A DNA stretch of 63,908 nucleotides, counting the filler, from Pelomyxa schiedti (lineage: Eukaryota; Protista; Evosea): assembly GCA_020536535.1 (NCBI GenBank). It is 10 parts of 10 records of this genome, joined end to end, with 100 filler letters (N's around TTAATTAATTAA, not from the genome) between each part and the next. Parts side by side here need not be neighbours in the genome. Positions count along the whole stretch, not along the records: positions 39,140 to 51,199 come from JAHLWZ010000435.1; positions 51,300 to 52,636 come from JAHLWZ010002586.1; positions 52,737 to 62,706 come from JAHLWZ010001281.1; 7 more parts are not named here. The stretch is one strand, 5' to 3'. Shown piece after piece: positions 47,858 through 61,013 of the stretch. The notes below the pieces were generated by a model. That model was not told where the DNA came from. It did not search any database and saw nothing but the letters and a program-made list of their open reading frames with translations. The position numbers and the translations under genes are program-made. Position 1 is the stretch's first letter. Every line of letters begins with the position of its first letter.

Positions 47858-49615
47858 TACGCCTCCAGTTCTTTTTTCCATTCAACCTGTATTAGAAGTC
47901 TCCGCATTACACCAGTATTTACGGCAGCTTTCCACCAGTATGTGGCTTCTTCTTTCTTCGTTTTCTCACGTAGGATAATTTAGGTGCCGGACGTGGTGGT
48001 GTCTTGTAATCCCAGCTGGCTAGGTAACTTCCTTCTGTATTTTCTTATACTGAGGCCTTATTACCAGGCGTAAATGCGTAAAAAATTAATTCAGAAATAA
48101 AACAATTAATATTAGATGGCACGACGTGATGGAATAGACAAGGCGGGTACCGTTGTTCCTCTTCACCCCAGGGCGGCATGGTCTCCCCTCGTAGCAGCGA
48201 TTTTTTTGATGGTAGTGGAGATAAACAAAGAGGCAAGTCACTGCACAGTCTCCACAACCCCAAACATGGATACCTTTTTTTCCTGCATCACTAAATTTTG
48301 AGTGCAAATATGGATCTGCCCGAGGCAATTTGCAAGGCCCTGTGGGTGTCACTGGTGGCCACACCGCGCTGAACCTCAGTGCACCGCCCACAAATGTATT
48401 GTGGGCCACCCGGCGGCTCTTCTCTTGTCAAAGTGCGACAAATATCCTGGATTTTTTTCATGTGTGAGTTTGGGGGTTTAAAACGATGATTGGAGAGATT
48501 GGTACCTTGTCAAGGAAAATAGGGGGATCAGAATCTCCTTCGACAAGCAATTGATACACATAAAAGTATCCTTCAGGATGTCCCCTGGAGGGATATTTCT
48601 TGGAAACAAAGCACACATCCTTTCCAATCAAGCTTCCTTTCGTGAGTAGAAAGACAAGATCGGTGGTAAAAGGTTACCTTTTCTCAGACTGAGCCTGCAG
48701 CAACATCTGCCGGTCCAGGTAAAAGGGTGTGGAAACTTTCAGTTTTTCAGCCAGGGTTCCTGTGTTTCGTGGGGGTGATGGGCTTCGACTTCGACCCACA
48801 CAGGGTGCAGACAAACAATGCTTGAAATTGCAGACACCTTGGTAGAGGAATATCTGCTTTGTTTGCTGCATTTTATGACTAACATCATTCAGAGATGTTA
48901 GGGGATCAACACCTGATTTATCAGTGTGAATCTTCTGAAGAGAAGGAATTCTTCAACCTGGGAACTGAGACTTCAGCATGGCAAACAGTTCTTCAGGTAA
49001 CAATCCAGAAAGCATGCCCACAACACAAAACATTGACCCGGACATGACGTCTCTATTCACAATGTTTGGGCATGCACCCGTTTTAATGAGCTCAGTGGCT
49101 TTTGCAATAACCGCTAAAGTAATGAATGTGAAAGAATTATAATTTGCTGAAGTGGGGATTAAATATTAGAAAATGAAGAGAAACCTTCTTCAGGGTTCTC
49201 GTTTTCTCCCTTTGCAACAAGGTAAGCAGTGGCCAACTCAGTGAGAACAATGGCACTAGTTATGGACCCTCCTGTCATCGGGGTTGCCGCAATTTGAGGG
49301 AGTTGGCTACCCGTCGTCGGCATTGTAGTACCTATTGCAGTACTGGGTTGTAGAAAATTGTGTTGATAACCCACTTACCTTCTCCCAAATTATGATCCAT
49401 ACTTTGGTGCTGTGGCGGAGGCTGTGGTTGCACTTGCGGTGGGAAAGGCGGGCACCTAAAACCCAATAAAAAACATTGATTAGAGACTCCCTCGATTTGG
49501 CACCACCACATTGGACCCCTGCACACAGTGAGGTTTTGAGTTCTGCTAGAAGGTCAAAGCACGCCACAAGTTTGGTCCATACGAAATTTCCCTTCATTGT
49601 GCCCGTTGATGCCAT
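47858..49615 (-). pseudogene. Multi-exon Cys-containing hypothetical gene with in-frame stops
   Basis: Exons such as GSLIGKDVCFV...IFLDK|DICRTL...YICGRCTE, WGCGDC, and last exon EEATYWWKAAV...EWKKELEA*. Internal TGA/TAA. Confidence 0.4.
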
Positions 49616-49633
49616 GGCAGGTTCACAGAAGTG

Positions 49634-50329
49634 ATGGAGTGCACACGAGTGACGCCTGTTCTGCGGGTGGTCTCTCAGTTCCTCGCTCTTTTGATGCTGG
49701 CACACCCGCGCTGTTGTCGTGGTACCCGTTGTCTCAATTGTGGGAGGGGCACGACATCGTCGTCAGCGTCGTCTGTGTTACTTGCGGATCACATCTGCGT
49801 GGCAGTGAGGACTGTGTGGGAATGGATGATGGGATCCGTGAAGTTTCTGAGTGTGAGTGTGCGGTCAGGCGCCGACTCCGACGTTCCGTCGTCATTGTTC
49901 ACTTTTGGGGTGTCGATGCACACTCTTGGTGTTGTCACAAATCTCACTGGTTCGTGGCAAATAAGGCAAGGCGCCGGGGAAACATTCGTCGGGGCTAATC
50001 AGAGCAGGGTTGTGAGTTTCAGGAGCCCACATTTGCTTGAGTGGTTGAAATTTTGCAGCTGGACGTGGAGGGGAAAGGGGTTTTCATCGTCGGAATCAGA
50101 ATCGGAGGGACAACCGAATGTGCTTGTTGCCAAGGCGTCCCCATTTTGTTATCATTGCATGAATCATAAGTGGCTGCTTGTGTGTGATGACTACAGAAAG
50201 GAAGTGCGTGTTGTGAATCTGCTGGTGGAGCCTCCAACTTCGAATTCTGTTGCATCCTCCTCGGAAAACCTGAGGGTTGTGTCGATGAATCAGTTGAATG
50301 AAGACGAGGCTGTTTTTGCCAGGAGGTGC
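49634..50329 (+). CDS. HPRCG-family protein, 5' part (cut by gap)
   Basis: VSQFLALLMLAHPRCC...VWEW...FGVSMHTLGVV...MNHKWL; closest to 41521-42828. Confidence 0.8.
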
Positions 50330-50429
50330 NNNNNNNNNNNNNNNNNNNNNNNNNNNNNNNNNNNNNNNNNNNNNNNNNNNNNNNNNNNNNNNNNNNNNNN
50401 NNNNNNNNNNNNNNNNNNNNNNNNNNNNN

Positions 50430-51188
50430 AGTGAGAACGATTTCCGGCTTCAACGCGAAGTGGCTTTGGAACTCATTTCCGGTGGTGCAAAAGTGACGGT
50501 GTGTTTTTATTCACCAAATGAATTCATTATTTATTACGCAGTAATACACTACTAATGGCCGTAAAATTATAATTACCCTCTCACCATTCTGTTTCCAATT
50601 TACTTATACCCGGTCTCCCAGGTGGATGATCTTAGCAGCATTCTTATTGAGCATAAGGTGAGTGAGGATACCAACGGAGCCACTCCGGACTCAATCTACT
50701 TTGCTTTCACGCGATTCTCACAACACCGCATTGACACCCTCACCACCGTTGCCAAGGTGGTGCCCCCAGCCGTTCTTCTATCATCATCACCACCATCAGC
50801 CGAATCTTCATCACCAAAAGCGGCAACAGGCAAGCGGTGCCCCAATCTGTTGTGGGCCGCATGTCTGTGCAGAAACACCACCGTGATAACCTCTGTGGTT
50901 TCTCTGCTTAATTCTGCTGCCTCTTCATTGTCTGGCTTGGAATCCGTGAGGGGCAGGGAGGAACAAACAACAACAACAGCAACCACACGAACCACAGCCG
51001 CGGAAACAACAACAACAAAAACAACAACAGCAGAAGAAGCAGCAAGGAAGAAGGAGCAAGCCAAAGTGATGATGGGTGCACTGGTGGGACAAAGGAGGGA
51101 GAAGGATGGACTCACAGTGGTTGAATTCCTCACCAAAAAAGGTTGTTTGGATTGCCTCAATGCCCTGAACTCTGCCCTCCTCCTCTGA
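50430..51188 (+). CDS. Partial (3') copy of the 44529-47590 ankyrin-like gene
   Basis: Near-identical to 46847-47590 with small in-frame indels. Confidence 0.85.
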
Positions 51189-51315
51189 CACAAATAAATN
51201 NNNNNNNNNNNNNNNNNNNNNNNNNNNNNNNNNNNNNNNNNNNTTAATTAATTAANNNNNNNNNNNNNNNNNNNNNNNNNNNNNNNNNNNNNNNNNNNNT
51301 TGTGTTGTGTGTGTT

Positions 51316-52078
51316 TCAGGGCAAATTGGAGCAAACCCAGTCCAGACCCTCAGAAAAACCCATTCCTGTGATTGCAGAGGTGGGCTGAATCATCCACTTG
51401 TTCCTCACGTTGCTCATCTCAAGCATGTCTGCAAGTTCGCTCTTGCTCACGCTGTCCGGCAAGTCATTTTTGTTTGCAAGTACCAACACGAGTGCGTTGC
51501 GGAGCTCCGTATCACTGAGGGCTTTTTGAAGTTCAGCACAGGAGGCAGCGATTTTCCCGCGGTCATGTGCATCAACAACCCAGATGATAACTTCCGTGTT
51601 GGCAAAATACTGAATTGTTGTTGTGGAATGAGAGGAGTCAGTTGTGATAAATGTAGTGTGTATGTAAATTAAATTGTTGTGGGTCGACACATACGTGACG
51701 CCATAGAACTCTGACCCTCTCATTTCCACCAACATCCCAAATCATAAACTTGCGGTTTTTGATCTCGAGACCCTCAGCATTGAATCCCATTGTGGGGATT
51801 GTGGTGGCCACTGCACCGCGAAGATGCCTGTAAAGAAGAGATGTTTTTCCGGCTCCATCCAGCCCCAACTTTTGTGTTCATTGTGTGTTAGATCAAAAAA
51901 AAAACAATAAGAAAGTACACATGGTTCATACCATCAAAGTGCGAACTGGCTCGGGCTCAGTGACGGTCTGTTGTTTTTCTTTTTGATGCGGGTTAGTTGC
52001 GGAGTGTGCAAGAGTACCATATTAGGCTTCAATACCATCATCCGATCCTCCAGCGGTAAGTGCCGTATCGTCGCTCAT
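51316..52078 (-). CDS. Divergent Arf/Arl small GTPase, 4 exons
   Basis: VRTLM|[33 protein letters not shown]|[19 protein letters not shown]...GLDW. Confidence 0.9.
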
Positions 52079-52161
52079 CTTTTTTGTTTTGGTATCGACT
52101 CAGCGGACGCAAATTCTATCGACTGATTGGTTTGTCATCTTCATCCATCAACCCGAAATCA

Positions 52162-52636
52162 ATGTGTTCCCAGACGACACCCCCTCAGGATGGCGCACCA
52201 ACGCCAACGTACCCATCAAACACGGCATTTTGCTGCACACCCACGGCAGCCTCCCACAATGCGGCTGAGAACGAGAGTGGGAGCCACACCCCGCAGCAGC
52301 AACAGGCGTCGGCGTCGCGGTTCGGGGTGCCCGACGACAGGTACCGGGCCGCCGAGTCCGCGTGGCGCGGGATGTCGCCCGCCGAGCGCGGCCGGGCCAC
52401 GACGGTGGACTGGAGGTGGCTGGTGTCCAAGCTGACCGCGCGGGCCCCGCGCCGAGCCGCCGCCACGAGGCAGCGCAGGCAGCGCGGGGCACCAGCGGCA
52501 GAGGGGGAGCGAGAGGGGGCCGCGCCCGGCGGCGGGGAGAAGGCCCAGAATCGGGAGGGAGAGGGCGAGGGAGCAGGAGGAGAGGGAGAGGGAGAGGGGG
52601 AGGGAGCCGAGGGGAAAAGGCCTCCTGGGGATGGTG
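52162..52636 (+). CDS. Hypothetical protein, 5' part
   Basis: MCSQTTPPQDG...RYRAAESAWRGMSPAERGRATTVDW, open to contig end; divergent from the Arf gene across ~83 bp. Confidence 0.5.
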
Positions 52637-52735
52637 NNNNNNNNNNNNNNNNNNNNNNNNNNNNNNNNNNNNNNNNNNNNTTAATTAATTAANNNNNNNN
52701 NNNNNNNNNNNNNNNNNNNNNNNNNNNNNNNNNNN

Positions 52736-55015
52736 NACAACATGGTGAGCTCGTGTTGGAGACTGGCTGCGTTGTCCTGGCGCTACGGTGTTTGGTGAAA
52801 TCAAAAGTAATTTCTGATCGACGTTTCGTTTCGTTTCGTTGCCGATTTGTTGTCAATGACTGTGCGCATTTTCTGCCAACATGGCGTCTGCACAGCACAC
52901 CCACTGCACCACAACTGAAGTGCCAGTGGGGGAAGTATGCACTTGAGGATGTGAAGGTGACCGTTGAGCATGACGGCTGCGTACTTTAGCAAGTACACGG
53001 GTGGAGATTACAGGTGGTCAAGCCACCACCTCGTTTGGAAGAGGTCAGGCATTGCAGAAGTCCTTGATGTCATCAAGAGTGATCCCAAGATTGGTGTTGT
53101 TGGCGGTGAACTGTGCATGAAGTGGTGTGGACGCAATGATGTACATGAAGTGCATGATGGCAACATCCCTTGTGATGTTTGGGAAAAGCTTCAGAATCAA
53201 CTTGGACACCATGGTGCTCAACTGGTGACAAGGGAAACCTCTTCCACACTGACACAGCACGACTGACCTTGGTTTTAACTGTGAATTCACCTTTGATGGA
53301 AGCTTTCACCACACTGAGAACCTCAGAAGGACTGCAGTCAATGTCACAGAAGCAGGAATGGGTGGGCACCCACACAAACCAGTCTTCCTGGGGAATGTCA
53401 CGCCAGGGGATTTTGGACAGAGAAACTTTTGGCCTCGAACCTGTTGTGGTTGTTATTTGCTGCTCCAACCATCTGGAAATGGAGCGATTTGGAACTGCCA
53501 AAGCACTGTGAAGTGCTTCAACAAGATCATCTGGGCACAGATATCCACCCACTTTCTGGAACAACCACTTGAGGAGTTCCACATTGCCATGGTTTCCTAA
53601 ACATGCAGCCCTGAAATTGTCGGTTGTTGGTGCCACACCCTTCTCCTCAACAACCCACTTTCCAAACTCGACATCCCCAGTTCCCACGCACGTGCGACGC
53701 CAAATTCCTTCCAGTGCACTACTATCAGTGACATCAGAGAGTGCCCACTGGATGACTTTTGCCTTTTTCGGCAGGCTTCTCATGAGAGAGAGAAGAAATG
53801 CAGAAGACTTCAGCGAGAAACGATCCTTGAGCCACTGGCACGTTTCAATGATCTCATCTGCTGAACACCCTTTGCACAATGTTGCCGTAGCAGCCAAGTC
53901 TTGGAGTGCCAGTGTGGGAAGGTCTCCACTAAAAGCTTCACATCAGACACTCTGCCTTTCATTGGGTGGAATGAGCACTCCAGTCCCATTTGGCTCACCA
54001 AATCATCCAAGTCAAAGGTGCCCACCAACCACTTGAGGATGTGAAGGTGACCGTTGAGTATGGCCCCTCTGAGGCAGGTGCAAAGTAACAATTCGTTACG
54101 TTTGCTAATCTCCCCGCAGTTCAGCACAAGCCACTTCAACACATCCAAATGCCCATTTCGGCTCACTTCCCCCATGATGTGGAATACTCCACTCTTGCTC
54201 CAGAATTCGTCACACAGAGAACTCCCATTCTTGGACAAATCTGAAATTCTGAAAGACCCCAGCTCATAATGTTCGGCTCTAACCTTTAAAAAAAACCCAT
54301 CAACAGAGAATGAATTCTGTCAGTTAGCAACCTGAGAGAAAGAGAGAGACCCACCACACTGTCAGAATTTCTTCCAGTCATAGAACTGCTTGGTGACCAC
54401 AGCACCCTCCCCCTTGTAAGTGCAGCAGAACTGCCCTCCTCACACCAGCACTCACACCCATTCTCCACGAACCTCTGAGCCATCTTCAAGTGCCCACCCA
54501 CGCACAGCCCCCTCAGCACCGCCATCTGCTCCTTGGCCTTCCTCCTCCTCCCCCTACGATCCGTCTCCATCGCCGTGTCCCTGTCGGCTTCACCCGACGT
54601 CAGCGGCAGCGGCAGGGCATTAGCATCGTGGGTCGACTTGTTTCTGATGAGCCACGCGACGCCTCGGGCTCAGCGCTCCCGCCGCCGCCTCGATGGCCGC
54701 GTAGCGCCGCGACGAGCAGTGGCACATGCTGTGCAGCAGCAGCACGGCGCGGGAGGCCAGGGCCACGAGGGGGAACATCGCCTCGGCCGTGGCCAGCACG
54801 CAAGACACCATGGCCGGGCGCGGGAGCCAGTCGCGCTCGCGCTCGCGGCTGCCCTCCTTGCGGCGAGCGAGGGCTCGGGGAAGGACCCAGGGCACCACCA
54901 CTTGCTCCCACACGATTCGGGACAGAACCAAGATCCCAGCGGGATTATCTGTTGGTGGTGGGTGTAACTCATGCGCGGTGGGGCTCCCCACGACTACGAC
55001 GCTTCGGTTCTTCAT
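52736..55015 (-). pseudogene. Frameshifted tandem paralog(s) of the 55081-57518 ankyrin-like gene
   Basis: Same blocks (SRIVWEQVVVPW, GHLDVLKWL, NGHLHILKW), frameshifts near 54620 and 53890, and a deletion near 53200. A further fragment at 52740-52990. Confidence 0.8.
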
Positions 55016-55080
55016 CTGAACTAGGACCATCGTTTTTCTTGGAACCTGATTTTTCAGTTTGATTGCTCGAGTGTTCAAGG

Positions 55081-57518
55081 TTAAAGGTGGTCAAGCCACC
55101 ACCTCGTTTGAGAGAGCTCGGTGTCCCTATTGGCATTGCAGAAGTCCTTGATGTCATCAAGAGTGATCCCAAGATTGGTGTTGTCAATCGTGAACTGTGC
55201 ATGAAGTGGTGTGGACGCAATGGTGTGCATGAAGTGCTTGATGGCAACATCCCTTGTGATGTTTGGGAAAAGCTTCAGAATCAACTTCCATGTTTCAATG
55301 TCTACTTGTGCCATTAACCTTACCCTTTTTTCTTGTTCAGAGATCACCTGTAAAACGTGAGAGCTGTGTGAGATTTCCAAAACCTTGGAAAAAAAAAAGG
55401 TGAGAGTCCACACACATCAGGAAGAGTGAATTTCAACTTGTGGAAAAGCCACTCGGCACATCCTCGTTTGTTGTGCCCAAGCATCCAGAGAAAAGTTGGC
55501 ACCAGGAGACCGTTATTATCATGTGACTCTTGTTCCGCGTGTGGTTGGCAGACAGAGGAAACGAACCACTTCGTTATTTTGGTGGATCGTGGAAGGTTGT
55601 AATCAAAACATTGCATCAAATCATCAACTGTGAAGTCTCCAAATGACAAAACCTGCTTGAACTCGTAAAATGAGCCAACCTCCACAACCTTTTTCAACAA
55701 CGTGACAAGGACACCATGGTGCTCAACTGGTGACAAGGGAAACCTCTTCCACACTGACACTGCACGACTGACCTTGGTTTTAACTGCGTAATCACCTTTG
55801 ACAGCAGCTTTCACCACACTGAAAACCTCAGAAGGACTGCAGTCAATGTCACAGAAGCAGGAATGGGTGAGCACCCACTCAAGCCAGTCTTCACGTATTG
55901 GCCTTCCACGCAACAGGGCAAGTTTGGACAGAGAAACGTTTGGTCTCGAACCTGTTGTGGTGGTTATCTGTTGCTCCAACCATCTTGCAATGGAGTCATT
56001 TCGCACTGCCAAAGCACTGTGAAGTGCTCCAACAAGATCATCTGGGCACAGATCTCCACCAACTTTCTGGAACAACCACTTGAGGAATTCCACGTTGTCA
56101 TGGGTTCCTGAACATGCCGCCATGAAGTTGTTTGTTGTTGGTGCAACACCCTTCTCCTCAACAACCCACTTTCCAAACTCGACATCCCCAGTTCCCGCGC
56201 ACGTGGGACACCAAGTTCCTTCCAGTGTTTCGCTATCAGTGACATCAGAGAGTGCCCACTGAACCACTTGTGCGTTTTTCGGCAGGCTTCTCGTGACGAG
56301 GAGAAATTGAGAACCATCCAGCGAGAAACGATCCTTGAGCCACTGGCACGTTTCAATGATCTCATCTGCTGAACACCCTTTGCACGATGCTGCTGAAGAA
56401 GCCAACCATTGTGATTCACTGAAGTCCCAGTGTGGGAAGGTCTCCACGAAGAGCTTCACATCAGACACTCTGTTTTTCCTTGGTTGGAATGAGCACTCCA
56501 GTCCCATTCGGCTCACCAACTCATCCAAGTCAAAGGTACTCACCAGCCACTTGAGGATGTGAAGGTGCCCATTGAGTGCGGACTCTCTGAGGCACCCACA
56601 AAGGACATCTTTGTTTCCTTTGTTGATCTCCTTAACACAGTGCAGCACAAGCCACTTCAACACATCCAAATGCCCATTTTCACTCACTTCCCCCATGATG
56701 TGGAACACTCCCCTCTTGCTCCAGAATTCGCCACACAGAGGAGCACTCCAATTCTTCAACTGAAAAGAGTTGCACGATTAAAAAAAAAAAAGAGAGAGAG
56801 ATACAAAACAAATGCACACCACACTGCTGGAACTTCTTCCTGTGACTGAATAACCACCACCATCACTGCTTGGTGGCCAAAGCACCAACGCCTTTTTAAG
56901 TCCGGCGGCGGAACTGTCGTCGGTCTCTCCTCCCTCCTCACACCAGAACTCACACCCATTCTCCACGAACCTCTGTGCAATCTTCAAGTGTCCACTCACG
57001 CACAGCCCCCTCAGCACCGCCACCTGCTCCTTGGCCTTCCTCCTCCTCCGACGATCCATCTCCATCTCCGTCGTTACCGTGTCAGTTTCGTCTGCATTTG
57101 ATGATGCTGATGATGTTAGAGACAGCGGCAGGGCGTCGCGGTCGCGGGACGACTTGTTTCCGATGAGCCACGCGACGCACCTCGGGCTGAGCGCCCCGGC
57201 CGCCGCCTCGATGGCGGGGCGGTACCGCGACCTGCAGTGGCACATGCTGTGCAGCAGCAGCACGGCGCGGGAGGCCAGGGCCACGAGGGGGAACATCGCC
57301 TCGGCCGTGGCCAGCACGCACGACACAGCCGAGGGGCGTGGCCGTTCGTCGTCGTAGTGGGACCCCTTGCGAGGAGCGAGGGTGGGCCGCAGGACCCAGG
57401 GCACCACCACTTGCTCCCACACGATCCGGGAGATACCCAAGATCCGTTGTTTCTCTGTTAGTGGTGATGGATTGGACTTGTTCAAGGTGCGTCTCTGCTC
57501 GCTTTCGTTGTTCTTCAT
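55081..57518 (-). CDS. Ankyrin-like repeat protein (GHLxxLKWL type), multi-exon
   Basis: GHLKIAQRF, NGHLDVLKWL, NGHLHILKWL, GDVEFGKWV, NVEFLKWL repeats; 471-aa central exon. Confidence 0.8.
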
Positions 57519-57823
57519 CAGAATCTCGTTTTTCTTGGAAGTCCAAAAACAAAAGAAAAATCATTTTCTTCGTTTATACTGCAAGTGACTGACGTAACGG
57601 CTATCATGCTATTCCAGTTAGATCTTCGTTGCTTGTCTGGCAGGCGCAGAGGTCCTTCTTGTTCCTATGCAGCGGTGGGCTACCGACTGTGTCACGTTCA
57701 GGGGTCAGTAATGAGATGTTGGAGGCCACGCAAGTCCTTACTCCAACAGGGAGTGTTGGGGTGAGGAGTGGACAACTGAAGGGGAACAAGATGTAAAGAA
57801 GAAATAATTGACTCTTTCTTTAA

Positions 57824-60502
57824 TCACGATGAAAGAAGGCTACAACCAGTGTCGCCGCAGAGGGCTGACAACGGCGCCGGCGTCGCCGCTGCCGAGGTCG
57901 ACGACGATGTAGAGGACGAAGCCGTGGACGAGGTGAGTGTGAGTGGTGGGGGAGGCACCCCCGACGCCACCAGCGAGAGCGGCGACGACGGCGGTGATGG
58001 TGTGCTCACCGGGCACACTGTGCTCCTCTTGCTGTTGCTGTTACTGTTACTGTTACTGCCGGTATTGTTGGTTTGTGTGCCGGTGGTTGCGGTTGATGTT
58101 GTTGTGTTGCTGCTGCTGTTGGGGGATGGATGGGGGTTTGGAATGACGAGTTCAGCTGGGATTACATCGGTTCCGTGCATGAGGGAGTGGGGTGTTGCTT
58201 TGGGGGTCTGCGGTGATTGGGGCGTGGAGAGTAGGTGCGGTGTTGTGGGTTGGGGAGAGGATTGTGGCACGGGCGCTTCGGTGGCTGTTCTAAGAGGAGA
58301 CCGCGGTGAGGAGCGGGGTGATGACCAGGGGCTGGGGGGTGAGGGTGATGAAGGCGGTATGAATGGCCAGACCATGTCGGATACTTTCCGGCGTTTGCTG
58401 TTGTTTGTATTAAGGGCACTTGAGGCTTGTTCCGGAGTGGATTGAGACTGTGCCTGGGGTGTCTCAGTTTTTACTGCGGTGGCGCCGGAAGATTCTCCGT
58501 TAAGTAGCTCGGAAATAGAGCATGTACGGTGTGGTGAAAGAGCAGCACCTGCTTGAGGCGATTCAGGCTGACGAAGTTGTAAATGTTGCAATTTGTCTTG
58601 GAGATGTTGTGGCTCTTCTTTGGGAATTGGTGGATTTTGAGCCGGCCCGGTCTTCTCTGTCTGGTTTTGTTCAATGGGGAGGGGTTCTAATTCTAAGGGA
58701 GCTTCTTCCCTTGGTTCATTCTTAATCTCGGTAGTTTGCTGCAATTCAGTTTGACTTGAGGGCACTTCTGTCGGCAATAAGGTCTCATCGCTGTTGTCAT
58801 GAGGGCTCCCTGTATCATTTTCAGAAGTATGAGTTGCACCGTAGCGGGTCTTGCGTTTATGCCTGTGCTTGTGGGCATGTGGTTTAGGGGGAGCTTGCGG
58901 GCTAGGAGAAGACTGTGTAGGAGGAATATCGCTCGTTTGATTCTCCCCCGACCCAATGCCTTGCTCTGTAGGTGACTTTTTGGAAGACGCAACCTCTGGT
59001 TCAGTGTTGCTTGGTGGTGATTGTTCTTGCTTTAGTTGGACGTGAACTTGCATTTGGGGGAATGAGAAGGGTTGTTGAATTTGTGGTTGTGGTAGTGTAA
59101 GTTGTGTTTGTGATCCCACTGAGTCTGTTAGAAGCTGAGAGTACAACAAGGATAACTGGGCAGCAAGGGTTTCATTGCTGGCGCTAAAGGCACTGTCAGT
59201 TGACATTTGACATGAATCTTCTTGTACTTGAGTGGCTATACACCATATTAGCGAGATATCGATGAAATTTGGAAAGTTACCTTGATTTTGGGGGTTAATT
59301 GACACTACGGTCTGTTCTGTTGATGGAGGGGGTGGTGCAACAGTTGACACAGGGGAACTTTTCTTAGAGTGTCCTATTCGAGAGCGCTTAGCTTTTGGGC
59401 AATTCGTTTGTTGTGAGTTGGACTTGCGGGGAGTCGGTGACCCCCCTTGGGCTGTAGCATGTTGGTTCTTGACTCGCCATTTGATACCACAAGCATTACA
59501 CAGTGTCGTTTTCCCTAAAGGCACAGTAAGATATGCTGATACCTTCTGATAAAGGGTAACACACCAGACGGTCCTCTTCTCCACACGGGGGTAGTTGTAG
59601 AGCCACAAAATTCACAGAACCTGTCCACAGATGGACCCCGGTGATTTGTATTGCCGCGCTTTGTATGACTTTTACCAGAAACGACTGGTTTTTCCTGTGG
59701 GGAAGGAGGAACTTGCTGAGACACAAGGGGCTGCTGTGGGGGACCAACGGTTTGTTGTGGTTGGAGAAGAGGTTGCTGTGGTTGGAGGCCAGGTTGTTGC
59801 GGAGGGAGAGGCTGCTGTGGTGCGGGGACGGGCCCCTGTGATGGGGAAGGAAATGACTTGTCAGAACCTGGAGGAAGAGAGGAACAGTGAGAGGCCTCGG
59901 AGCCAGGATTATAAGGGGGATACTTCCCTCCAGCTGCAGCACATGTAGGGATCGTTAAAGAAAAGAGTATAGAAAAAGCAAAGCAGACCCTCACCCCTCA
60001 TGTTCAGCAATGCTGCCACAGCCATTGCCGCCTGTGTGGCGGAGGACAGCATGTCCCCACCGGCACCGCTGTTGAGGTTATTGGCTTGACAGCACCCAAC
60101 TCCGCCGCAACCGCAGCGACACGGGCCACTAAAGCTACCGGGGGTGGCGGAGGTAGTGGGGTAAGCAGCCGCCGTGTTATCTGCGAGGTTTCCCGATATG
60201 TTGATCTGTTGTAGTGGTGGGGGCGGCGGGTGCGTTACTGGCATGTAGGCCGCAGCTGGTATCGTTATTGGTGTCGGGTAGCCCTGCGGTTGTTGTTGCG
60301 CGCCAATCGGCATGGGATAGAACGACTGCTGTTGGTGTTGTTGCAGTTGTTGGTGTAACTGCTGGAGTTGCTGTTGTTGCTGTTGCTGATGGATAAGTAG
60401 CTGCTGTTGCTGCTGTTGGTATGCGTTGTTCGTGCTGGGCGGTACCGCGGCGACGTTTTGCGTACCGGTCGCAACACCGGTGCCGTCGTTACCAGGTTGC
60501 AT
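57824..60502 (-). CDS. GATA zinc-finger transcription factor
   Basis: CEFCGSTTTPVWRRGPS|GKTTLCNACGIKW (C-x2-C-x18-C-x2-C) split by an intron; poly-Q N-terminus; Ser/Pro-rich C-terminus. Confidence 0.92.
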
Positions 60503-61013
60503 GTCTAGAGGGTGTTTTTTTTTACTCTACCGAATGAGCGGGAGCGTATCGGTCGCGTGTCTCGCTTTGGTTTTTTTTGTTTGTTGTGGATCTCTGCTTT
60601 GGTTTTTTTTTTATTTTGGTCCGGAGTGACAGGCAGGGAACTAGTGTCACTGCACGGCGAGACGAGGACTTGGAGAAGAAATTCTCCTGTTGATGGGGGT
60701 CGGTGTTTTTTCCTTTTTCTTTTTACGATAGGCGGTTCATTGATGATAGGGCAAGAACAGACATAGGTTCCACAGCACAAGAAGGGCAAGTTTTAGTGCC
60801 AAAGGGCCAAAAATGATAAAGTATTTGGGTTTTGTTCGAAGAGGATTAAGTTTGGGTAACTGTTTGGGTGCTGATGGTGATGGTGATGGTGTTTCCGGGA
60901 TTTGCTTGTTGTGATGAGGGGGATAAGGAAACCGGTTTTCTTTTGGTAGCTTCCGCTCCTATGTTGTTGGGTTAATAGGTTTGAGAAAATTGAATGCAAT
61001 TGCATACTTTCTC

